Positions 12,471-26,399 are shown, counted from the stretch's first letter. The stretch: 64,000 nucleotides of DNA from Octopus bimaculoides (GCF_001194135.2 NC_069002.1:26052604-26116603), one strand, 5' to 3'. Notes: generated by a model not told the origin, from the letters alone. Numbers and translations are program-made.

Positions 12471-13364
12471 TTTCTGGAGTAGAATATAATATTCTAACTT
12501 GCTAAAGAGAATGGCTTCCAGTTTTATCCTGATGATTGTAATTAGCTAATGGCTTTTGACAGTTGAGTTTGTATTTCATAATAATAACTGTTCCATCAAG
12601 ATATTCTTACCAAATCGAACAGCTTTGAATTTGGCTAAATATTTTCTAGGTAAATTATTCCAAATGAACTTTGATGCTACATATTGGGAAATTGGTAGAG
12701 CCGACTGATGAAGAAAGGCTGTCAAAAGTGTTAGAATGTGCCTGGAGATATTTCCAGTAAGGAAGAAATGAAAGTTGTTTGATAACTGGTGGGGGTGGGA
12801 GACAGGAAATGGTTTCCTGTTTTTGAAGTTAGAACCCTCAGGATCACACATGAGAATGAGAATTATTTAAAGACAGATAGGAGAGAAAGGAGAAAAAGAG
12901 AGTCAGGAAACAGTTTGAAAATTTTAAGTGAGAAAAGGAAATAGTGTAGAAGAGATTAAGGCAAGATTTTGGTTAGTCACCATCATAATCTGGTCCTGCT
13001 TGGTTTGTTTGTCTTTTTTTTTTTTTTTGCTGAAATGAGATTTAAAAAAATTTAATGTTTTTTTCCTTTTAATGATTTAACGGGAGGAAGAAAGACAATA
13101 CCTATGACTTTGTGGTTGCTGAGACTCCTGGGAAGAAGAAGGAAAGCTACCCTTAGATTCATGGGTAGTATTAAAGCCAAGTGTTGGATCAAATCCATTT
13201 CTCATGAGCTGGAAAGATTCTTCCAACAATGTTTCTTCCAATGGATTGTCACTTCGTGTTGGATTAAATATATTACACAAGACCAGGAGACACTCCCCCA
13301 TCAGACTTCCACAAGGTGTTGGATTAAATTCATTGCCCTGTTTACCTCAGCCAAACCATGAGAC

Positions 13365-14100
13365 ATTGTAGCTTTAACAGAGAACATCTCAGCTGTGACA
13401 CAATACTTCAGATATAACACTGAACACCACTGCTGTAACAGAGCATCTCAGGTGTAACACAGAACAACACTTCAGCTATAACAGATAATACCTCAGCAGC
13501 GACACAGAACACTTCAGCTGTAACACAGAACACTAACTATAACACAGAACATCTCAGTTGTAACAGAACATCTCAGCTGTACCTCAAAACACCTCAACTG
13601 TAACTGAACATCTCAGTTGTAACACAGAACACCTCAGCTATGTCAGAAAACATCTCAGATGGAACACAGAACACTTTAACTATAACACAGAACACCTCAG
13701 CTCTAACAGAACATCTCAAATGTAACTTCAACTGTGACAAAGTACACCTCAACTGTAACACTAACAACTCATTTGTAACAGAACACTTCAGCTGTAATGG
13801 AGAACACCTCAGTTCTAACAGAATAATTCAACTGTGACAGAGAACACCTGAACTGTAACATGGAACATCTCATCTGTAACAAAACATCTCAGCTGTAACA
13901 GAACACTTCAGCTGTAACACAAACACCTCAGTTGTAACACAAACACCTCAGTTGTAACAAAAACACATCAGATGTAACAGATGAAACCTCTCGTGTAACA
14001 CTGAATACCTTATCTGGCAGAGAAAATACCTCAGTTGTAACACAGAGCATTACAGTTGTTACACAGCAACCATCAGCTGTAACACAGAATGCAACAAACA
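13365..14100 (+). repeat. Minisatellite, ~19-23 bp unit (GTAACACAGAACACCTCAGCT), roughly 35 degenerate copies
   Basis: Motif directly visible and repeated throughout the interval. Confidence 0.9.
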
Positions 14101-14602
14101 AAATGCAGTACATTGTAAGTACCACAAACAATAACAAGCAAAATCTCTATTTCATGGTCAACACTTTCATCTTGATCTGGCTTAAATAAATTGTATTTGT
14201 TTTATGACAAATAATTTTAATAATCCTATATTTTTTTTTTAAATTTTACAACAAGAATGATGATAATAATTTCTTTTATAAAATAAGAAAATCGTATTTT
14301 ATTGTAGCAATAAATGGAATTGTTCATACATAAATTCTTGAGATGCTAACCTTAGTAGTTCAGATGAAAAAAGAAAGAAAGAACCGTTTTTATTGTCTCT
14401 AAACCAATTATTTCTGAGATGTCAATTTGCTTTTTTAAGTGGAAAAACATGACATTAATAACATATCGGACTTGAATTTATATATTATAGTTATCATTAT
14501 TATTATTATTGCAGTTAGTTTTGTTGTTCTTGCTGCTGCTGCTGCTGCTGCTGTTGTTGTTGTTGTTGTTGTTGTTATCATTATTATTATTATTATTATT
14601 AT

Positions 14603-14815
14603 TAAGGCAGCGAACTGGCAGAATCGTTAGTGCACTGGACAAAATACCTAGCAGTATCTCACCCGTCGCTACATTCCAGGTTCAAATTCCACTGGGGTCG
14701 ACTTTGCTTTTCCTCTTTTCAGGGTCAATAAATTAAGTACCAGTGAAACACTGGGGATTGATGTAATCAACTCATCCCCTTCCCCAAAATTGCTGCTCTT
14801 GTGGCAAAATTTAAA
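14603..14815 (+). mobile_element. SINE family B
   Basis: aaggcagcgaactggcagaatcgttag...ggggtcgactttgcttttc...; embedded in (ATT)n. Confidence 0.88.
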
Positions 14816-14819
14816 TCTA

Positions 14820-15297
14820 TGATTATTATTATTATTATTATTATTATTGTTCAGTAGTTTTATTTTTATAACGTGCTTTCACTTCACTACCGAGCGCAGC
14901 TCTGTGTGCCTTGGGTATGTGCTGTGGTTTGCTGTGATGTTCTTATGGTTACTGTATTGAAAGTGTTTTGCGTAGGATGTGTGCAGTGCCCAGTAGTGCA
15001 ATTTTCTGTATGTTATATATATTTGTAAGTCCTGGTGTTTTTGTTATGTATTTGTCTGAATATTTTTGTATTATACCTAAGGAATTGTTTCTGTTTTTAG
15101 ATTCCACATTGGAGTTATCTCTATTTCCAGGTCTTTGTATTTTGAAAGTTTTTCCATTTCTTTTAGAGAAACGTTGTCATCTGCTGGTATTGATACATCA
15201 ATTAGAAAGCATTTTTTTTCTTCATGATCTTTGACAACTATATCTGGTCTATTGGCCTTAATTTCTCTATCTGTGTGTATTGGCATATCCCAGAGTA
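14820..15297 (-). mobile_element. R4/Dong-NeSL-type non-LTR retrotransposon 3' end (restriction-like endonuclease remnant)
   Basis: IHTDREIKANRPDIVVKDHEEKKCFLIDVSIPADDNVSLKEMEKLSKYKDLEIEI..MW carries the RPD / D-V-x-x-P / K..KY-x-DL REL motifs; (AAT)n tail. Confidence 0.88.
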
Positions 15298-15317
15298 TGG
15301 TTTATTATTATTATTAT

Positions 15318-15525
15318 TGTGGTGAGCTGGCTGAGTCGTTAGCATGCTGGACGAAATGCTCAGCAGTATTTCACCCATTGTTACGTTCTGAGTTCAAATT
15401 CTGCTGAGGTCAGCTTTGCCTTTCATCCTTTTGGGATTGATAAATTAAGTACTAGTATCAATGTAATATACTAGTCCCCTTCCCTAAAATTTTGGGCCTT
15501 CTGCCAATCTATAATAGAAAGGATG
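15318..15525 (+). mobile_element. SINE family B
   Basis: ggtgagctggctgagtcgttagc...ttctgagttcaaattctgctgaggtcagctttgcctttcatcc. Confidence 0.85.
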
Positions 15526-15536
15526 ATTATTATTAC

Positions 15537-15596
<60 letters not shown>

Positions 15597-15619
15597 CATC
15601 ATCATTATTATTATTCTTT

Positions 15620-15835
15620 GAAGTGGTAAGCTGGCAGAGTCATTAGCACGCTGGGCAAAATGCTTAGCAGCATTTCATTCATCTTTATGACTTGAGTTCA
15701 AGTTCTGCTAAGGTCGACTTTGCCTTTCATCTTTTCGGGAGCAAGAAATTAAGTACCAGTGAAACACTGGGGTTGATGTAATCTATTCTCCCCACTACCA
15801 CAATTTCAGGCCTTGTGCTTATAGTAGAAAGAATT
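15620..15835 (+). mobile_element. SINE family B
   Basis: Same consensus, located in an (ATT)n tract. Confidence 0.85.
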
Positions 15836-15909
15836 ATCATCATCATCATTATTGAGTGAGAGAGCAGTGCATGCCATCATCATCATCATCATTATTATTA
15901 TTATTATTA

Positions 15910-17700
15910 TTATTATTACATGCTACAGTTGTTACCAATGATGGCTTTAGGTCTGGTGGCAATGAAGCTGATCAAATCTCAAAAAATCTTTCTCAGATTC
16001 TTACAGAATGGCACTTTTCTGTAGATTGACAATGCATATTTCAGTTCCAAAATCCTTCGAGTCTTTTAGGTAGCAGTTTGGGTACTGTGCCAATTGCTCC
16101 CTTTATCATAGGAATAATTGTCATCTTAGTCTCCCATAACCTCTTCGTCTCTGTAATTTGGTCCTGATATTTTTCAGTTTTCTCAATCTCTTTGTTATCT
16201 ACTCTCTTATCATATGGTATTGTAAAGTCCATGATCTTATACATTGTATTTTCTTTTTGTCCCCTATAATCATATCTAGTTTGGTCAGTCTCTATGGAGA
16301 AGTCCTCTCAAATCCTGTATTTCTTATCCACTACCACAGACTCTGGCTTGTTTTCATCACATTTCTGTTACTTTAAACCCACACACTGGCTAATATTCTA
16401 ATGCACCCTTTTACTGACACGGTCATACCTGTGCTCATGCTTTATGTAGGAGGAATTTCAACCATGTTTCGTGGTCTGCTACCACAACAGCTCCTTTATA
16501 GGATCCAGTTAGCTCAAGACATCATCAGGAGGAACCACGTCCAGTTTCGGCCCCTACTCCTCTACCGTTTTGACGTGATGGGGCCACCCCCTTTCGGAGG
16601 TGTCGTCAGCTCTGGTGTTGGGTGCATGTCTTCTTTCACTGTTTGTGACTGTTCTAATTCAACTGTGGAATGTCCTTCGCTATGGTTATTTTCCAGGAGG
16701 TTCTGGCCACACGTCTTACGGTTCATCAACCCGCGTTGTTGAATTAATTTCTTCCGACATACCTTCCCTTGGTGGATTACTGCATTCACTAAAAAGATAG
16801 ATAATACTTTCATCTCCTTTTTCACAGTTTCTGTATTTGCTCTCTGACTGAATTTTATAATTCTTTGTCTTTATCAAATTCATTTTAATGGCTTGCTCCT
16901 GAGTGACTATTATTAGCAATTCAGCATTTCATTTCCAATTTCACATAGCTAGCAGCCATGCCAGTGGCATGTAAAAGGCAGCTTTCGAGTGTTGGGCCTC
17001 ATGGAGGCAATGTGACCCATGCTGGTCTTGCATATTAGCACCAGCGCTGGTGGCATGTAAAAAGCACCTGTTGAGTGTTGGGCCTCATGGAAGCAATGAT
17101 AAACGACCGAGACCTTTGGCAATATACTGTACTTGAGTAAAAGACCCATCAAGCCAAGTGAAATCGTAGTCGTGGCAGATGCTAGTGTCACACAACTGGC
17201 ACCCATGCCAATGGCACATAAAAGCACCCACTGGAGTGGTTGGCATTACAAAGGGAATTCAGCCATAGAAACCATGACAAATCAGACTGGAGTCTGGTGC
17301 AGCCCCTCAGCTTACCAGCCCTAGTCAAACCATCCAACCCATGCAAACATGGACAATGGACGTTAAATTATGATGCTGATGATGGTGTTGCATGAATTGG
17401 CCATGGAATTTCCTTTCTCTCCTCTTATTTGTTCTATTATTCTTCCTTCTGTTCTTGAACTCTTCTACTGTTTCTAGTCACTGGTAATATTCTTTCTTCA
17501 CTACAAACAATGTAGTTTTCCAAAACCAATATTGCAGTACAAATGGGGTCTTCTGCATTTAACAATCCTCTGCCTCCTTCTCTCTTAGTAGAGAGAGCCT
17601 GGCAATATTATTCTGAGGGTGGTTCATGATTTGTTATCTAAAACTCTGAGTTGCACTTCATCATGGTACCTATTCACATCTAGGTAGATTGGTCTTACAA
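15910..17700 (-). mobile_element. Fragmented R4/Dong-type LINE (RT-thumb, zinc-knuckle and REL remnants) interrupted by two inserts
   Basis: 17.4-17.7 kb: HPQNNIARL//EGGRGLLNAED; 16.77-16.92 kb: LIIVTQEQAIKMNLIK..KYRNCEKGDESIIYLFSEC; 15.99-16.40 kb: IMDFTIPYDKRVDNKEIEKTEKYQD...IIPMIKGAIGTVPK; (AAT)n tail. Confidence 0.75.
16935..17385 (+). mobile_element. RTE 3' end nested in the R4/Dong remnant
   Basis: gaccgagacctttggcaatat..., 3' UTR and (GAT)n-like tail. Confidence 0.8.
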
Positions 17701-17869
17701 GATTTATGTGTTAGATCGTAAAGAGAGAGAGAGAGAAAGAAAGCTGGGGAGGGAAGAGTTGGAGAAATAGGGAGAGAGAGAGAAAGAAAGCTGGGGAGGG
17801 AAGAGTTGGAGAAATAGGGAGAGAGAGAGAGTAATAATGTTTTGTTATCTGCAACTCTGAGTTGCACCT

Positions 17870-18320
17870 CAGCCTGGTACTTGGGCCTCACGGAGGCCCA
17901 AGTGATCGAGACCTCTGACGATATGCTGTGCATGAGAAAACTTGTCAGGCCAAGTGAAATCCTAATCGTGGCCATTGTCAGTGCCATGTAAATGGCACCT
18001 GTAAAATTGGAGTCAGGCCATTGCTGGTGCCATTTAAATGGCACCTGTGAATTGTAGTCGTAATCATGGTCATAGATGTTGCCATGTAAATGTTAATTGT
18101 AGTCATGGTTGTTGTCAGTGTCATGTAAATGGCACTTGTGCCAGTAGCATGTAAAAACATCTATTACACTCCTGGAGTGGTTGGTGTTAGGAAGGGCATC
18201 CAACCATAGAAATCACGCCACATCAGACTGGAACCTGGTGCAGCTTTATGGCTTATCGGTTCTAGTCAAACTGGCTAACTCATGCCAGCATGGAGAGTGA
18301 ACATTAAATGATGATGATGT
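17870..18320 (+). mobile_element. RTE 3' end with repeated GTGCCAT-GTAA-ATGGCAC palindromes
   Basis: Same UTR and tail as other RTE copies. Confidence 0.8.
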
Positions 18321-18399
18321 AGATTAAGCTTACAATGTTGGATCATGAAAAGAGAGAGAGGGAGAAGATAAGAGAAAGAGGGAAAGAAGCGGGTAGGGC

Positions 18400-18830
18400 T
18401 GATAGAGATAAGACATGAACCATCAATTCTTCCAGACAATCGTCCAACTTTCTATGAACTCACCGAAATCAGCCAACCATGATTCTTGATTGAATAAGTA
18501 AGTTTACCATTAGAAAATGTCCGACACGAAGAAAAACCAAGCACTTTAGTTCTGTGAGCACCATTCTGTCAATGTTGACAACTGTTATATCAGAACCTGA
18601 TGAAGCAGAGAATTCCAAGTAACAGGAAGATGCAAAAAGTCCATGAAAGAATCTATTTAGTGGTTGAAGAACGGTTGAAGAATGATTACTTCTTTTGACG
18701 TTACATTCTTAATTGTTTGTATTCTTCAGATTTATTCTGGTATTCTAAGATCCTCAAGTCATCTTTGAGCATAACTGTGTCACTAATGGATTTTGTAATG
18801 CTGTTAGATGACAAAAGAATTAAGGAGAGG
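18400..18830 (-). mobile_element. Possible highly decayed CR1/L2-like RT fragment
   Basis: VMLKDDLRILEY...QLSTLTEWCSQN* resembles YADD..(DL..L..WC..N), but the spacing is longer than expected. Confidence 0.3.
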
Positions 18831-18940
18831 CTTTTTTTTCTCTCTCTCTCTCTAAGTAGGTGTTGCAATCAATTTTTATCTTTCATTGTTGATATGGCAT
18901 CCTAATATATATATATATATAGAACATATATACGCAAATG

Positions 18941-18984
<44 letters not shown>

Positions 18985-19219
18985 CATACATGCATACATA
19001 TCTGTGTGTGTGTGTATTATATATATACACACACACACATATATATACATAATTATATACTTGTATATATGTTTGTATACTACATACACATACACACACC
19101 TACTATATATATATATAATATAATATAATATGATATATATGTATGCATACGTATATACATATGTGTGTGTGGGTATATCTAAATGCTTATACTTACTTTT
19201 ATATATGTATATACACACG

Positions 19220-19278
<59 letters not shown>

Positions 19279-20298
19279 GTCAGACGGGACCTTGATGACT
19301 GCCTTGAGGCAGGAAAGTATACTAGTCCTTATATATTTAATACTCAATATTTCATATATTCAATAAGACATTCAATACTTCATTTCATTTTACTATCTAT
19401 GTTATATATTCCATATTCTATATCCCACATTAATTTTATAAGAATATAAATAAAACATAAAAGAACAGAGTTGGAACTCTTTTAAATAATATATTCCTCT
19501 ATACACGATCATACAAACCCTTTTTTATACTTTTTTATTTNNNNNNNNNNNNNNNNNNNNNNNNNNNNNNNNNNNNNNNNNNNNNNNNNNNNNNNNNNNN
19601 NNNNNNNNNNNNNNNNNNNNNNNNNNNNNNNNNNNNNNNNNNNNNNNNNNNNNNNNNNNNNNNNNNNNNNNNNNNNNNNNNNNNNNNNNNNNNNNNNNNN
19701 NNNNNNNNNNNNNNNNNNNNNNNNNNNNNNNNNNNNNNNNNNNNNNNNNNNNNNATATATATACACACACACTCGCACACACATGCATATAAAGTGTGCA
19801 AAGAAATGTATAAAAAGGAAAAACGAAACAGAAACATGCAAAAAAAATCACACGGACAATGTCAACTTTGATCTGGTTGTTATTCTAAGTTTTATGAAAT
19901 ATTAAAAGAGAGAAGCTTAAACAAATATGAAAGTAAATAAATCAGATCCTGTATTTTATATGTCAAAAAAAATTATGACACCAACAATAAACAACAGAAA
20001 AAAAGCTTGACAATAACAAATGGTGTCTAACAAGGATTCAAAACTGCAAAATTTTTTAGAGGGAGATGGTCACTTACATTGATTAAACCCATTCTGAGAA
20101 TATGCTTTACTGATCCCTTTCATCCCTCATACACTTACCTCAAGGGTAAAAGACGAAAGCAATCACCAGGTGTAATTATTCCCCAACCCTTTGACTTCTG
20201 TCACGGGATTCATCAAAATCAATAACAATGTTATTGATCTTGCATGAACATATAAACATTATGTATCATATGTATATGTGCATGTATGCATTTACATA

Positions 20299-20360
<62 letters not shown>

Positions 20361-20693
20361 NNNNNNNNNNNNNNNNNNNNNNNNNNNNNNNNNNNNNNNN
20401 NNNNNNNNNNNNNNNNNNNNNNNNNNNNNNNNNNNNNNNNNNNNNNNNNNNNNNNNNNNNNNNNNNNNNNNNNNNNNNNNNNNNNNNNNNNNNNNNNNNN
20501 NNNNNNNNNNNNNNNNNNNNNNNNNNNNNNNNNNNNNNNNNNNNNNNNNNNNNNNNNNNNNNNNNNNNNNNNNNNNNNNNNNNNNNNNNNNNNNNNNNNN
20601 NNNNNNNNNNNNNNNNNNNNNNNNNNNNNNNNNNNNNNNNNNNNNNNNNNNNNNNNNNNNNNNNNNNNNNNNNNNNNNNNNNNNNNNNNNNNN

Positions 20694-20751
<58 letters not shown>

Positions 20752-21189
20752 TATATATATATATGTATATAATATATTTATGTATATATATATATATGTT
20801 TATATATATGCATATATATATGTGTATGTATGTATGTATATATGTACATATATATGTATTCATGTATCTGTGTATGTATGAACGTATGTAAGCATGTATG
20901 CATGTATGGATGGATGGGTGGATGGATATGAATTTGTTGCTTAATGGCAAATCACAGGAAGAATATCCTGTTTTAGTTTGTCCATTAGTCATTGAGTTTA
21001 TTTCTTTTATATCCAGAATGTTCTGGAAGGCCTCTTGCATTACATTATCATTTAGATTCTCTGCCTAATTGAATATCTCAATAATTGAGTCTAACTTGTT
21101 TGTCCACCTCCTGCTTTGAAAATTTATATCTTCTGTCTTAACCAATTACTAAATATTTTACCATCCTCTATTGCGAACTTATAGCCGGC

Positions 21190-21221
<32 letters not shown>

Positions 21222-21222
<1 letters not shown>

Positions 21223-21520
21223 CAAAATGAAGAAAGTGAAGATAGTGCCAATTATTGTTGGATCCTTGGGAACAGTATCAGAAGGCATCAAGGGGAATAT
21301 AAAGGAAATCAGAATGGAGTGCCCCGTAGAACTGTTGCAAAAGGTTTGCCTCCTTAGCACGGCCAGAATAATCAGGAAAGTATTAGATAGCTGGAAAGAA
21401 TGGGTAGCATGGTACCGTAGGCTGCAGGTAGCAAGTCTGCTATGCATGCAAGACTCCAGGAGCTCCAACAAAACCCGTGATAAAGAGAAATAATAATAAT
21501 AATAATAATAATAAATAATA
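21222..21520 (+). mobile_element. R4/Dong-type LINE extreme 3' end with (AAT)n tail
   Basis: KVKIVPIIVGSLGTVSEGIKGNIKEI...ELLQKVCLLSTARIIRKVLD matches the post-REL C-terminal motif (VPIVIGALG...LQKxxLLxTAxIxRxVL). Confidence 0.8.
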
Positions 21521-21529
21521 AATACCCTG

Positions 21530-22080
21530 ATGCAAAACCAGGCAGCGGTTCTCATGGCTTCCTATCTTAACTGATTGGAAGTGTTATCATGTACATCGTT
21601 TTGTCTTGGCATAAAAGATGGGCTACAACAAATATTCTGCTTAATATCACAGATTTACTCGTCAATTGTTTGATCTTAACCAGTTGAGCATGTCCCTTGG
21701 TGGCTGAGGATATGTGCATCTCTGATCAAGAGCAGAAGTAGTAGGGGAGCATTATAGTCATGAGTTGAGAAGAACTCTTTGGGGTTTGGATAATTCACCT
21801 TTGGAAACATGGGTATTTCGTTCGACATCCTCAAACAACCTTTATTCAAGGATCTTTTGAGCGGGATGGGTTACTTGACCTGCAGAAAATTCTGACTGGG
21901 TCCCACCTGCGAGGTCATGCGCTGTTTATCTCGATATGAGATCACTAAGTCACACACATATGGTTGTGATGCATGTACCTGGTGTACCCTTATCAGACGG
22001 GTAGTCATGATGGGTATACTGGGCTTTGTATATTTGTACCCCAGTGTCACTCTGATGGCATGCATTGCATTCTCACTGTG
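21530..22080. repeat. Unclassified interspersed repeat (~550 bp)
   Basis: Complex sequence between microsatellites; its terminus (rc cagtgagaatgcaatgcatgccatc) recurs at about 15853-15878. Confidence 0.45.
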
Positions 22081-23069
22081 TGTGCATTTGTGTGTATGTA
22101 TGTGTGTGTGTACATGTATGTGCATGTGTGTTTGTGGTAGCAGATATATGAGTGTGTAGATGTGGGTGTCTGATGCCTTTATATGTGTATCTGCTATGCA
22201 TGTGGGTGGATGAGGGTGCACATGTGTGTAAGCTGGTGCGTAGGTAAGAGCTGTTGGTATCAACTCATTGGTGCATATGTGCATGTTTGCAAGGGTATGT
22301 GTATGTATGTGGGTGTGTATCAGCCATGTGTGTGTGTGTACTCACATGTGGGTGTATGTGTGTGTACTCACATGTGGGTGTATGTGTCAGCTGTGTAGAT
22401 CGTCTACACACTTGTATATCTGGTTTACACACACACACACATGCACACATGCCCATACACACACACATAGACACACACATTCATGCACATGTGCACACAC
22501 ACACACATGCGAATGCATGACTACACACACATACACACATACATGCATGCACACAAGCATGCACACATGAATGCATGCAGACACACAAAAGCAAACACAC
22601 ACATACACGCACATGCACATACACACACGTGCACACATGAATGCATGCACACACACAGCACACTCCCACACAGCACACTCCCACACACACACTCTTGCCG
22701 GCCATGCACCTGATGACCCACAAGTCTCTTCAAAGACTGGCCAGACAGCAAGGCACCACCAGTTCCCTTCCCAGTCACACAATCAAAGAAGTTCTTTCAT
22801 TATAAGCCATCTGGTGATGCTAGAATGTTGATCTCATGTCTAACAACACCATGTGACTTGCCTTGACCAATAGCAACCCAGTTTCTGGCAGCCATCTTGG
22901 ACTTCCTGCATCTCTCCATTTGGCTAAGTGAACCTGACAACCTAGACTTCAGGAAGAACGCTATGAAACCATAAGCTGCATGGAACCAAATCAAACAATT
23001 TCAAAATATGTAATTCTTTCTAAATGTGTTGAATGCTTCTTTCTTTTGCTTGTCCATTCACCCGTATAT

Positions 23070-23266
23070 ATTCTTTTATTCTTTTCCTTGTTTCAGTCAT
23101 TTGACTGCAGCCATGCTGGAGCACCGCCTTTAGTCAAACAAATTGACTCCAGGACTTATTCTTTGTAAGCCTAGTACTTATTCTATCGGTTTCCTTTGCT
23201 GAACTGCTAAGTTACAGCGACATAAACACACCAGCATCAGTTGTCAAGTGATGGTGGTGGGGACAA

Positions 23267-23297
<31 letters not shown>

Positions 23298-23456
23298 CAT
23301 ATGACGGGCTTCATTCAGTTTCCAAATCCTCTCACAAGGCTTTGGTCGGCCCAAGGTTATAGTAGATGACATTTATCAAGGTGTCACGCAGTGGGACTGA
23401 ACCTGGAACCATGTGGTTAGGAAGCAAGCTTTTTACCACACAGCCACTCCTGTGCC
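23070..23456 (-). mobile_element. SINE family A, full length
   Basis: Tail, internal (TA)n and head all match the 33946-34354 copy. Confidence 0.9.
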
Positions 23457-23779
23457 TTAAAATATATATTGGGTGCCTAAGGTATTTGAGAACATACCTT
23501 TTTTGGGGTCATTGCAGCATTTTTTGCTAACTCTGTATAATTTTTGTTTCAGAAAACAATAACGGCAGACCCTCAGCTTACACAAGAAATGAAGTGACAT
23601 GCTGTTACTCATCAGAGGTGTCTACATTATTCTGACAGTCTCCAGAGAACCAATCAACCAAACTGTCTATATACTCAACAAATGCAGCAGTCACTCTATG
23701 AAGGAGTCCTTAATTTGCATACCTAAAGTGTTTAACACTCTATAAAAACCAGCAGCCTGATATACACACACACACACAC

Positions 23780-24100
23780 ACATTCAGGGGCAATGACAAA
23801 TGACTGAGACCTTCGGCAATTTGCTGTACTTGAGTAGAAGACCCATCAAGCCAAGTGGAATTGCAGTCATATCAGATACTGGCATCATGCAACTGGCACC
23901 CATGCTGGTGGCATGTAAAAGGCACCCGTTACACACTCAGAGTGGTTGGCATTAGGAAGGCCATCCAACCATAGAAGCTATGCCAAATCAGAATGGAGTC
24001 TAGTACAGCCCCTCAGCTTACAAGCTTCAGTCAAACTGTTCAACCCATGCCAGCATGGACAACAGACATTAAATAATGGTGACGGTGATGATGCTGATGA
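23780..24100 (+). mobile_element. RTE 3' end
   Basis: gagaccttcggcaat..., UTR and GAT-rich tail. Confidence 0.8.
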
Positions 24101-25332
24101 TATATATATATATATAGACATATATGGTTGTATGTGTGTCCATGTGTATATATGTGTTTGTATGTATATATGAATACCTAGGAATACATTATCTAATGAG
24201 TCTATCCTTTTTAAGACAGTAGAATGATGGAGATTTAGCAGCTATCTCAAGCAGATCAGCTGACCATGTAGAAGCTCTCCCATTGGTTTGTTCGGCTGTA
24301 GTTACTATGCCTAAAGTGTACATAAACATTGATTTTCTTATCGTTTCTTCATGTCACAAAACATGCAATTTAAATTTTATGAACAAAATTAAATTTTTAT
24401 CTGGGAATCATTGAATTCATGGAGGCTAAAACTTATTTATATATCTTTAAATCTTTAAACTTGATATTTACTGTTACATACGAACATTTAATTATGAAAT
24501 TCACAGTTGCAGGTTAAAATAAAAATAATCTTCATACAACTTTCCCAGAATTTCAAGAAAAAGAGATTTAATTAGCTAAAAACTTTGGTCACCAAAACTT
24601 TGTCAAACTTTTGATTCTGTTAATTTAGGTTTTGACCAAAAATAGATTCCTGTTTAGAATTCTTTCTTTGGTTATGAATAATGCATATATACTTTTGAAT
24701 AATATGTATTACCATTCTGCAAGAAAGAGAGTATACATGGTTAGAGTTTGTCTATTCTAGGGCTTTCTAGTTTACAAGAAATTTCCATAATGCTTCCTCA
24801 AATGCAGAAATGCAGGTTGTTTTTTGTTGTTTTTTTTTCTCTTAATTTTCTTTTAAGTCTCTGAGAGAGACTCTTCAGGATTTCAGAATTTTTTTTTTTT
24901 TTTTTTTTTTTTTTCATAAAACTAAAACTTGCAAGTTTTCTTCCAGCAAATAATTCCATAAATTACTCTCTTGAGAATTCCAGACTTAACAAAAATATAT
25001 TTGGAACACACGATGTTGCTTACTACTTTGGTAAATTTAAATATAGAATGCTGTTTGGTCGTACATCAGGGAGTTACTGCTTTGATTTGTTACGGTTATA
25101 TAATTCACTCTTGTCTGGTTTGCTTTGACTTTCATGAACTTGATAAAACTCTACCTTTCATCTGATATCAGTTTTTCTACGAGTTAGACAGAAATGGCCA
25201 ATTCTAAGTCCCATGGCGCAATGAATCAGAGATACAGCAGTGAAGAGTTCAACCTTCATTTAATGTACCTAAAGCAGTCAGATCTGCCTGGCAGACCTCA
25301 CCCTACTCAAAGCCACACCCTTATAGGGAAAG

Positions 25333-26210
25333 TTAACCCTTTTCTTACCATTTTACAGTTGAAATACTGTTTTTATTTTTCAATTAATTTTGAAAATAAT
25401 GAAGAATTTTATGACATAACTTTCCCAATATTAAGCTGACATTTGGATCATGAATTAACATGGAATTTTCATGGAACATCATTTCACAGCAGAAAGTTTC
25501 TATCAAAGGATTATGGGTAGCCTCAGGTGAAATGAGGTCAACAGGCTGGCCGTTTGGTTACCATTTTTCTGTTGAAATACACTGTCACGTTTTTCTATTA
25601 ATTTTGACGAATTTAGTAAAATAACTTAAACTTTAAGCTGGTGTTTGGAACATAACATGAAATTTTCATTAAAGATTTTAATTTAGATCACTTTAACCCT
25701 TTTGTTACCATATTTCTGTCGAAATACATTACCTTTGCTTCGATTAATTTTGAAAATTTTGAACAATATTGTAAAATAATTGTCATGTTATTAAGCTGGT
25801 ATTTGAAATGCAAATTAATACAAAATTTTGATGAAAAATATTTATTTAGATTTCTTTAAAATAAGTAATTTGCTTCATGGAACTACAGAATGGTCTCAAA
25901 AGAGTTGGCTCTTTTGTTGCCATATTTGTGTTGAAATATTCTTTGTTTCAATTACTTTTGAAAATAATGAGAAATATAGTAAAATGATTTAGTCATTATT
26001 AAGTTTGGTGTTTGGAACATAAATTAACTATGGAATTCTGATGGAATGTGTTAAGATCACTTTAACCTTTATATTGCCATAGTTTTGTTGAAATACTGGG
26101 CTTTTATTTCAATTAATTTTGAAAGAAATAAAGAATTCAGTAAAATAACTTTATTGTTACTAAACCAATGTTTGGAACATAAATTTACGTATAATTTTCA
26201 TGGAAAGCTT
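25333..26210 (+). repeat. Tandem array of 5 TTAA-bounded MITE-derived units, alternating long (~213 bp) and short (~150 bp)
   Basis: Unit starts at about 25333, 25547, 25693, 25905 and 26062 (ttaaccc.tttgttaccatatttctgttgaaatac...). Confidence 0.8.
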
Positions 26211-26399
26211 TAGCCTGTTAGCACTTAAACTGACCACACCCAGCCCAAATATTCTATCTGTTTTGTGTTAAAACCAGCCATATCTGACCTACCACACCTA
26301 CCCTACAATGTCATTCTAAAACAAACATCCACATCATCTAAATCTAAAGTTATGAGAATGATTAATTCAAACAACGGGAATAAACAAGCACCACATTCT

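Noticed and set aside
13365-14100. CRISPR-like or coding (TEHLSCN) reading of the 21-bp repeat
   Set aside because: No unique spacers, eukaryotic context, and variable unit length breaks the frame.
17710-17830. Exact ~50-bp tandem duplication in a GA-rich tract
   Set aside because: Ordinary slippage or an assembly echo.
18420-18502. Kinase-like peptide PDNRPTFYELTE with nearby ag acceptor and gtaagt donor
   Set aside because: Too short, followed by a stop, no other kinase exons visible, and it lies at the edge of a probable antisense LINE remnant.
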